Assembly: GCA_965228735.1 (NCBI GenBank)
Contig: OZ245838.1
Span: 736,001-800,000 of the forward strand
From: Planctomycetota bacterium
GTDB lineage: Bacteria; Planctomycetota; UBA1135; UBA2386
DNA length: 64,000 bases
Reading direction: 5' to 3'
Shown here: one piece after another, positions 37,666 to 44,720 of the stretch
How positions within the stretch are numbered: position 1 is the first letter of the stretch
Layout of the letters: the number at the start of each line of letters is the position of its first letter
Position numbers and translations under genes: made by a program
The notes under the pieces: model-generated
Database searches by the model: none
What the model was told of the DNA's origin: nothing
What the model saw: only the letters and a program-made list of their open reading frames with translations

Positions 37666-39078
37666 ATGGAGGCACCTCGCATCGACTCCGAAGGCCAGGC
37701 CGACGCGCCCGACCGCGTCGACTGGGAAGCCTTCTACCAGAGCTACCGCAAGCCGGGCTACGTGCCCGGCTTCGAGATCATCCACAAGCTGGGTGGCGGG
37801 ATGTTCGGCCTCGTCTTCAAGGCGCGGAAGGAGTCGATCGGCAAGGACTACGCGATCAAGTTCCTGAAGGTCGACGACGAGACCGTGCGCGATGCGGTCG
37901 CGCGCGAGCTCGACACGGTGCGGTTCTTCGCCCAGATCGACCACCCCAACCTCGTGTCGATCGAGGACAAGGGCATCGTCGACGGCATCCCGTTCCTCGT
38001 GATGAGCTACGCCGGGCAGGAGACGCTGCAGAAGCGCCTGCAGGCCGGGGGCCAGCCGGGCGAGCGCCTGCCCCGCGAGGAAGCGCTGCGGATCTTCGCG
38101 CAGGCCGCGCGCGGCGTGCAGGCGCTGCACGAGCATTCGCTCGTCCACTTCGATCTCAAGCCGGCCAACATCTTCCTGAAGGGCGACGTCGCGCGCGTTG
38201 GTGACTACGGGCTCAGCAAGCTCGTCAGCGAGTCGCGCAACTCGCTGAGCTTCAGCCGCGGCACGCCGTACTACATGGCGCCGGAGATGCTGCAGCGGCG
38301 CGGCGACAGCAAGAGCGACATCTATTCGCTCGGCGTCATCCTCTACGAGTGCCTCTACGGCGACGTGCCGTTCCGCGGGGATTCGGAGTGGGAGGTGCTG
38401 CGCAAGCACGAGACGGCGCAGCCCGAGTTCCCGGCCGATGCGATCGCGGGCGACCGCGAGATCGTGCTGCGCTGCATGGCGAAGGACCCGGCCGATCGGT
38501 TCGACTCGGTGGCCGAACTGCTGCGCGCGCTGCAGGCGCCCGTCGCGCTCGGTGAGAGCCTGGTGTTCGATCGTCGTCCGGCGCCGCCAGCTTCCGCCCC
38601 AGCGCCGTCCGCAAACGGGCAGCGCCCGGCGGTCCGGCCGCTCGGTGCGCCGCCGGCGCGCCCGTTCCCGACGCCGCCGCCGTTGCCGCGGCCGGACGCG
38701 ATGCCGGTGCCGCCGCCGCCGCCGCCAGTTGGCGATGCCGAGAACGTGGCTCTTGCCGGGCCGGGTGCCCTGCCCGCCGGCCAACGCGACCCCGCCGACA
38801 GCCCCTACGGCATGCCGTGGCGCGAAGAGCCGCGCAAGAGCGGTGGCCCGGTCGGGCTGCTCGTGCGCGGGATGTTCGGGCTGATCGACCTCGTCATCGC
38901 GCTCGTGATGCTGCCCGTGCGGGTGGTGAGCTGGTTCGCCAGCCGCGGCGTCGGGATGCTCGTTCGCCTGCCGGGCCGCGTGCTCGCGGTCGCGGCCCAG
39001 CTCATCGGGCTGCTCGTGGTCGCGGGGCTCGCGCTGCTCGTCGTGGTCACGGTGCTGCAACTGCTCGGAGCGGTCTGA
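37666..39078 (+). CDS. Hanks-type Ser/Thr protein kinase (non-RD) with Pro-rich linker and C-terminal TMs
   Basis: LGGGMFGLV, AIK, HFDLKPAN, DYG, GTPYYMAPE, DIYSLG. Confidence 0.93.
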   Translation: MEAPRIDSEGQADAPDRVDWEAFYQSYRKPGYVPGFEIIHKLGGGMFGLVFKARKESIGKDYAIKFLKVDDETVRDAVARELDTVRFFAQIDHPNLVSIEDKGIVDGIPFLVMSYAGQETLQKRLQAGGQPGERLPREEALRIFAQAARGVQALHEHSLVHFDLKPANIFLKGDVARVGDYGLSKLVSESRNSLSFSRGTPYYMAPEMLQRRGDSKSDIYSLGVILYECLYGDVPFRGDSEWEVLRKHETAQPEFPADAIAGDREIVLRCMAKDPADRFDSVAELLRALQAPVALGESLVFDRRPAPPASAPAPSANGQRPAVRPLGAPPARPFPTPPPLPRPDAMPVPPPPPPVGDAENVALAGPGALPAGQRDPADSPYGMPWREEPRKSGGPVGLLVRGMFGLIDLVIALVMLPVRVVSWFASRGVGMLVRLPGRVLAVAAQLIGLLVVAGLALLVVVTVLQLLGAV

Positions 39079-39169
39079 CCCGCGCTGCTGGCCCGATCGG
39101 CGGTGCGCAGCCGGCCCCGGATTCGGGCCGCGCGAACTGCCCCGGGCCGCTATCCTGCTACCTCCCGCG

Positions 39170-39838
39170 ATGAGCGATCGATCCTTCGACATGGACCGCC
39201 TGCAGGCGATGGACGAGGCCGCCTGGTCCGAGCTGCAGGGTGAGTACTACCGGCGCATCTACTTCTACGTGAAGCGCTTCGTCACGGACCACCAGACGGC
39301 CGAGGACCTCACGCAGGACGTCTTCCTCGGCGCGGTGCGGGGCATCGGCGGATTCGACCCGAGCTACTCGCTGGACCAGTTCCTGTTCGGCATCGCGAAG
39401 AACCGGGTCATCGATCATTACCGCAAGCACAAGATCGCGCTGATCCCGAGCAAGGCCGATGGTGACGGCAGCGGCGGGGATTCGGACCGCAGCCAGATCT
39501 GGCTCGAGAACATGCCCAACGAGGCCGCGCCGCAGCCGAAGGAGCGCGTCGTCGAATCCGAGGACGGCGGGCGCCAGCGCAAGGTGCTCGCGACGATCCT
39601 GCGGGACATGGTGTCGGACCTCTGGAGCAACGGCGAGTTCCAGAAGCTCATGGTCCTCGAGTTCCTGTTCGTGCTCGGCGGCCGCAACAAGGACGCCGCG
39701 ACGCGCTTCGGCATCGCGGACGAGAAGCACGTCGCGGGGATCAAGTTCCGGGCCGTGGATCGGCTGCGCGGCCTGGCGCGGCAGCACGACCCGAACCATT
39801 CGCTGTTTCGCGGGCTCTGGCAGCCGGGGGCCCGGTAG
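39170..39838 (+). CDS. ECF RNA polymerase sigma factor
   Basis: AEDLTQDVF, FLFGIAKNRVIDHYRK, divergent region 4. Confidence 0.88.
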   Translation: MSDRSFDMDRLQAMDEAAWSELQGEYYRRIYFYVKRFVTDHQTAEDLTQDVFLGAVRGIGGFDPSYSLDQFLFGIAKNRVIDHYRKHKIALIPSKADGDGSGGDSDRSQIWLENMPNEAAPQPKERVVESEDGGRQRKVLATILRDMVSDLWSNGEFQKLMVLEFLFVLGGRNKDAATRFGIADEKHVAGIKFRAVDRLRGLARQHDPNHSLFRGLWQPGAR

Positions 39839-39843
39839 GACCG

Positions 39844-40179
39844 ATGAGCACCGATCCGACGAATCCCGGCAGCGGTGGCGACGGCAGCGAGATCGAGATC
39901 GATCCGCACCTGACGTTCACGGTGGCCTCGGTCTGGCGCGATGAGCGGATCTCGTGCCCGCACCCGCACGTGCTCCAGAGCTACATCCAGGGTGGCCTCG
40001 ACGGGGGTGCGGCCGAGTTCGTGCGCTTCCATCTCGACGAGAGCCAGTGCCCGTACTGCAACGCGATCGTCGAGGACCTGCAGGCCCGGGACAGCGAGGC
40101 CAAGGAGCAGCAGCTCGAGGATCTGAAGGATCGGCTGCTGCGGTCGACGGCCACGGCGCTGCGGAAGGGCCGCGCCTGA
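39844..40179 (+). CDS. Small soluble zinc-binding anti-sigma-like protein
   Basis: CP...L..Y..G.L...FHLDESQCPYC (ZAS-like H-x5-CxxC) directly after the ECF gene. Confidence 0.7.
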   Translation: MSTDPTNPGSGGDGSEIEIDPHLTFTVASVWRDERISCPHPHVLQSYIQGGLDGGAAEFVRFHLDESQCPYCNAIVEDLQARDSEAKEQQLEDLKDRLLRSTATALRKGRA

Positions 40180-40364
40180 CGGCCAGAACAGCCCGTGGCA
40201 TCGGGCGTTCTGCCCGACCTGGCCCGCCCGATTGGGTCGCAATCCGGGCCGCGATCCGGCTGTCGAGCGCAATTCCTGAGCCGGCGCCGAATATCCGGAG
40301 CGGTCGTTCGCAGAGGGGGGGAGTGGCACCGAGAGCGGTGCCCGACAACCACAGCGAGAACGAC

Positions 40365-41207
40365 ATGATCCGCAAGACTTTCAAGGTGGCGCTTCTGACC
40401 GGTGCGGTGCTCGGCGGGGCAGGATTCCTTTTCTTCGGCACCGCCTTCCCCAGCTACGTCAGCTCGATGGCCACGTCCGTGCGTGAGTCGGTCGCTGGCC
40501 AGATCCCGATCGAACTCGAGATCAAGCGGGCCGAGGGCCTCATCAAGCAGATCGATCCGCAGATCGACAACTGCAAGCGTGACCTCGCCCGTTCGGAGGT
40601 CGAGCTCGAGGATCTGCAGGAGTCGATCCAGGAGCTCGAGGAGCGCGTCGCGGTCGAACAGCGCAAGCTGAAGCGCGGCTACAAGCTGTTGCAGGACGGC
40701 GGCGACATCGAGCTCGCGGCCAACTACGGCGCCCGCCGTCGCGTGACGCTCGACCTGCAGCGCACCAAGGACAGCTACGTCAACAACACCGCGATCCTGA
40801 AGGCCAAGCGCATGCTGGTCACCCGCGAGACGCGCAACGTCGAAGCCGCGAAGGAGAAGCTGATCGCGGTCCGCACGCAGCGCGAGTCGCTGATCGACCA
40901 GATCCGTTCGCTCAAGACCCAGCAGCGCGAGATCGAGACCCTGGCCGCGAACAGCGACCGCTTCGACCTCGACAGCTCGGCGCTGAGCCAGGCCAAGGAA
41001 GTGATCGAGACGGTGCGCAAGCGCCTCGACGTCGCCCAGCGCGTGCTCGAGAACGACATGGCGTTCCACGGTGAAGACCCGGACGCCCCGGTCGTCAGCC
41101 AGCGCGACATGATGTCGGAGCTCGAAGAACTCTTCGCCGCGGAAGCTGCGCCGAACAGCGCGAGCGCGGAGGTCATCGAGATCCCCGCCGAGACGCGCGG
41201 CCGCTGA
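40365..41207 (+). CDS. Membrane-anchored coiled-coil protein (PspA/IM30-like architecture)
   Basis: N-terminal signal/TM segment, then long heptads; start at MIRKTFK. Confidence 0.65.
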   Translation: MIRKTFKVALLTGAVLGGAGFLFFGTAFPSYVSSMATSVRESVAGQIPIELEIKRAEGLIKQIDPQIDNCKRDLARSEVELEDLQESIQELEERVAVEQRKLKRGYKLLQDGGDIELAANYGARRRVTLDLQRTKDSYVNNTAILKAKRMLVTRETRNVEAAKEKLIAVRTQRESLIDQIRSLKTQQREIETLAANSDRFDLDSSALSQAKEVIETVRKRLDVAQRVLENDMAFHGEDPDAPVVSQRDMMSELEELFAAEAAPNSASAEVIEIPAETRGR

Positions 41208-41254
41208 GCTCTCGCCAACGGAATCATCGCGGCGGCGACCTTCGCTGCCGCACC

Positions 41255-41302
41255 AACGCCAAACGGCGCGACCGGCTTCGGCCGGGCGCGCCGTTCGGCG
41301 TT
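41255..41302. terminator. Hairpin with TTCG loop between convergent genes
   Basis: AACGCCAAACGGCGCGACCGGC-TTCG-GCCGGGCGCGCCGTTCGGCGTT. Confidence 0.6.
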
Positions 41303-41324
41303 CGGTAGGGGAGGCGAGCGCGAG

Positions 41325-43766
41325 TCAGCGAGCCCGGATCTTCACCGAACCCCGGATGATCGGGGTGATCATCCGGAGCGCGAGGCGGAACGCCTTCGCG
41401 TTGGACTCGGCCTCGTTGGGCAAGCCCTTCGAACGCCCGTTGCGGCGCCGGCGCCCGTTGCGGCGCTTGCCACCGCGGCGGCTGCTGCCACCGCCGAGGA
41501 GGTTCGACAGCGCGTTCGTCGCCGCGGGCTTCACCACGTCGACGATGTGCGGTGCCATGCTCGCGAGCAGGCCGAACGCCTTCTGGGCCACCTCGTCGTC
41601 GATTTCGTCGCCGTCGCCGTCGCCGAAGTCGGCGTCGCCATCCGGGTCGTAGGCGTCGTCGTCATCGTCGCCGACGCCGGCGATCTGCAGGCTCGACAGC
41701 CAGTCGTCCTGGTCGTCGTCGTCCACGACGTCGAAGTCCTTCTTGCGGCGCCGGCGCTTGCCGGCGTTGCCGAGCGCCGCGGTGGCGCCCTGGATGAGCA
41801 GCGGAGCGAGCGCGGCCAGAACGGGCAGCGCCTTCTCGGTGGTCTCGTCGTCGAGTAGTTCGTTGGTCATGTCAGTCTCCTTCATCAGGTTCTGCAACCG
41901 CGCGAGGAGCCGCGTCCACACGTCTCCTTCGCGTCGATTGGTCTCGTGGTCGCCCGCCGTGGGGCGGGCCGTGACGTCGCGCAGCGCGAGGAACGTGCGC
42001 TCCGCGAGCCGGAACGGGCCCGGCGGCTCGTGGATCGTCGGGGTCTGGCGGAACCCGTGATCCGCGAGGGTCGACCGCACGCTCCCCAGCAGGCGCGACG
42101 CGGTCGCGTCCGGACCGTGCTCGTCGATCGCTTCGAGCAGCGCGTAGGTGAACGCGGACAGTCCGCGGGTGCGGGCCGTCGACGCCGACGCGGTCTCGTT
42201 CTCGGAACAGGCGGCGAGCACGAGGCCCTTGAGCGGGGTGTCGCTGAGCTCGTCGGCGGTCGATTTGCTCGCGCCGAAGCGCCGATAGCCCGTGATCTCG
42301 ATGGGTTCGTTGCCGGCCGATCTCTGGTTCGCGTCCGGGTTCGCTTCCGGGGGCGACGTCGCGTCGATCGCCCAGCGCTTCGGCGCCGCGAAGTCGGCCG
42401 TTCCATCGACGCTCCCGAAGACGATCTTGTCCATGCCGCCCGAGAAGCACGAATCGAGCACGGCCGTGAACACGCCGTCCGGCAGCTGCTGGCTGCGCTC
42501 GGCGAGCACGTCGTCGATGTAGAAGCCGTCGCGCAGCACGAGGACCTCGGTCAGCACGCCGTCGATCGGCAGCTGGTGGCCGTGCCCGGAGTAGTAGAAG
42601 ACGGCGCGGTCGTTCTCGGTGAGGCCGTCGAACAGCCACGCGAGTCCGTCCTCGACCGCCGTGAGCGTCGCGTCCTCGTCGGTGATCACGCGGATGTCGT
42701 CCTGCCGGTAGCCGACGCGTTCGAGGTGGGCCTGGAACGCGCGCGCGTCCGCGACGCAGCTGGGCAGGTTGTTGCGCGGGTTGCCGTAGTCGTTGAGCGC
42801 GACGAGCAGCGCGCGCCGTTGACCCGTCGCGCCGTCGGGCAGCGCCTTGTCGTTGCCGAGCAGCGCGGTCCACGTCTGCGGACCGACGATGCCGTCGGCC
42901 TGCAGCCGTTCGGCGCGCTGGAACGCGATCACGGCGCGCTCGGTCTTGCGGCCGAAGATGCCGTCGACGCTGCCCGGCGGGTGGTCGAGATCGGCGAGCC
43001 GGCGCTGCAGTTCGCGGACCTCGGTGCCCGTCGAACCGACCCGCAGCAACGGCCGGGAGCTCGAGCGTCCGGGTGCCGGCTCGGTGGCGGGCGGCGCCGT
43101 CAACGCGCCGTCGCTGTAGCTGTGCCCGAGGACCGCGCGGTCGACGAGCGTGTAGTAGATCGTGTCGGTCGGATGGTCGTCGGCGAGCTCGAGCAGCTCC
43201 TGCCACGCCGTGCCCGTGCGGCCGCCGTGCACGACCTGGCAGCCCGCGGACCACTTGCCGACGCGGCTGCCCGTGCCGGCATCGTGGATGTTGATGCCGA
43301 AGTAGCCGGTCTCGACCGTCTCGCCCGCGCCCTGCTCGTGGTCGCGGTCACCGTCGCGCCAGATCGTGACGGGCCCGGCCTGCACGAGGCCCGGGCGCCC
43401 CTTGTGGAGGCCGGTCTTGTAGCGGTACTGGCCGTCGACGAGATGGGCGCACCCGGCGCTGCGCATCGGGTTGTCGGTCCAGTACTGGCCCGGGTCGACC
43501 GACGCGAGGAACTCGCGCACCCGCTTCCTGCCCGCGGCGTCGCGCCAGATCACCGCGATCGTGTCGTTGTAGCGGTCGGGTGAGTTGCTCACGGGCCGCC
43601 CGTCGCGATAGCCGCGGATGCCGAGCAGGTTGATCGCGCGTCGGCGCGAGTCGAAGCGGCCGATGCGTTCGATGACCGCCTTGTAGCGGCCGTAGAGAGT
43701 CGCCTCGGAGGCGCCGGATCTGCTGAGCCCGGAGTCGTCCCTGGGCCGTGTCGTCGTCTGGGTCAT
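41325..43766 (-). CDS. Multidomain protein: YkuD-like domain + peptidoglycan-binding domain + metacaspase (C14) + repeated peptide-cassette tail
   Basis: GINIH...SAGCQV; LRVGSTGTEVRELQ...DGIFG...DGIVGPQTW; RALLVALNDY, YYSGHG, LDSCFSG, LAAC, SAFTYAL, QTP. Confidence 0.85.
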   Translation of the reverse strand: MTQTTTRPRDDSGLSRSGASEATLYGRYKAVIERIGRFDSRRRAINLLGIRGYRDGRPVSNSPDRYNDTIAVIWRDAAGRKRVREFLASVDPGQYWTDNPMRSAGCAHLVDGQYRYKTGLHKGRPGLVQAGPVTIWRDGDRDHEQGAGETVETGYFGINIHDAGTGSRVGKWSAGCQVVHGGRTGTAWQELLELADDHPTDTIYYTLVDRAVLGHSYSDGALTAPPATEPAPGRSSSRPLLRVGSTGTEVRELQRRLADLDHPPGSVDGIFGRKTERAVIAFQRAERLQADGIVGPQTWTALLGNDKALPDGATGQRRALLVALNDYGNPRNNLPSCVADARAFQAHLERVGYRQDDIRVITDEDATLTAVEDGLAWLFDGLTENDRAVFYYSGHGHQLPIDGVLTEVLVLRDGFYIDDVLAERSQQLPDGVFTAVLDSCFSGGMDKIVFGSVDGTADFAAPKRWAIDATSPPEANPDANQRSAGNEPIEITGYRRFGASKSTADELSDTPLKGLVLAACSENETASASTARTRGLSAFTYALLEAIDEHGPDATASRLLGSVRSTLADHGFRQTPTIHEPPGPFRLAERTFLALRDVTARPTAGDHETNRREGDVWTRLLARLQNLMKETDMTNELLDDETTEKALPVLAALAPLLIQGATAALGNAGKRRRRKKDFDVVDDDDQDDWLSSLQIAGVGDDDDDAYDPDGDADFGDGDGDEIDDEVAQKAFGLLASMAPHIVDVVKPAATNALSNLLGGGSSRRGGKRRNGRRRRNGRSKGLPNEAESNAKAFRLALRMITPIIRGSVKIRAR

Positions 43767-43793
43767 TCTTCGTCCCTCGGTTGGTCAGAGGGA

Positions 43794-43821
43794 CAACGAC
43801 ACGGCGGCGTCAGGTCCGCCA
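43794..43821 (-). promoter_or_regulatory. Candidate ECF promoter TGGCGGA-N14-GTCGTTG upstream of the metacaspase fusion
   Basis: Identical half-sites and spacing also occur upstream of the ECF gene (47573-47600). Confidence 0.6.
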
Positions 43822-43931
43822 AGGGGCCCGCGAATCTCCGGGGAAGCCCGCAAAACCGCGACCGCGCGCCGGGAGTCGGACTCCGGGCGCGCGGTCGCGG
43901 TCATCGGGCAGCGGGGGTGGCGTGCCGACGC

Positions 43932-44720
43932 TCAGGCCTCGGCGTCGTGCTCCATGTGCCGATCCAGGACGTGCTGCAGCGGCAGGTTCATCACGAAGCG
44001 GAAGTGGATCTGGAACTTGGCCGTCAACTTCCGGTCCGGATCGATCTCGCGCATCACCGCGTCGTCTTCGTCGTTGAACAGCTCGTCGAAGACGTTGAAC
44101 GGGCGCCGCCCCGCCCGCACGACGCGCGGCAGCCGCGTGGCCTTCGCGATCTTCGCGCCCTTGCGGGGCGCGAACCGTGGCACGCGGGCTATCCGTGTGC
44201 GGCCGCCATCATCGTCGTCCGCGGGTTCGACCTCGTAGTTGTATTGCACGATCGCGCGACCGCGTTCGTCGTAGGTCACGGTGACGCACGTGTGGTTGCT
44301 GTCGCCGTCGTCGCCGCTCCGGCTCCGACTGCTCTTCTTCGCGGTGCTCGTCTTGCCCTTCTTCGCCGCCTTGCGGGGGCGGACGGCCGGCAGTGCGCCG
44401 AGGTTGTAGATGCCGATGTCGGTATCGAACCGCAGGCCGAAGTTGCCCGTGTTGTACTTCTTCAGCGCCTCCCCGACCGCGTCGTGCACCTTGTCGTTGA
44501 GCGGGTGGAAGCTGGTCGGGTCGATGCGCACACGCGGGTTCCACCACACGGATCCCATGAGGTTGCGAAACGCCGTGGTCTTGCCGCCGCGCAAGCGGCG
44601 GCCTGCGAGCTCGATCACGCGGCAGCGATCGAGGTTGCTCAGCGCGTTGAAGTACGGCATGCACGTGCGTTCGTAGTCGAGCACGAAGCGCAGCTGACAG
44701 TTCTGGAACGACTGGTTCAT
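43932..44720 (-). CDS. Hypothetical protein, 262 aa, with basic and acidic low-complexity patches
   Basis: AGGAGA SD; ATGA overlap with the kinase stop; no family recognised. Confidence 0.7.
   Translation of the reverse strand: MNQSFQNCQLRFVLDYERTCMPYFNALSNLDRCRVIELAGRRLRGGKTTAFRNLMGSVWWNPRVRIDPTSFHPLNDKVHDAVGEALKKYNTGNFGLRFDTDIGIYNLGALPAVRPRKAAKKGKTSTAKKSSRSRSGDDGDSNHTCVTVTYDERGRAIVQYNYEVEPADDDDGGRTRIARVPRFAPRKGAKIAKATRLPRVVRAGRRPFNVFDELFNDEDDAVMREIDPDRKLTAKFQIHFRFVMNLPLQHVLDRHMEHDAEA

Noticed and set aside
36913..39192. 759-aa minus-strand ORF and many similar Arg/Ala-rich alternative-frame ORFs across the window
   Set aside because: They overlap well-supported genes and have composition typical of off-frame translation
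43932..44720. Bacterial gasdermin next to the caspase-like protease
   Set aside because: Size fits, but I see no gasdermin-like beta-strand pattern; only structure prediction could revive the idea
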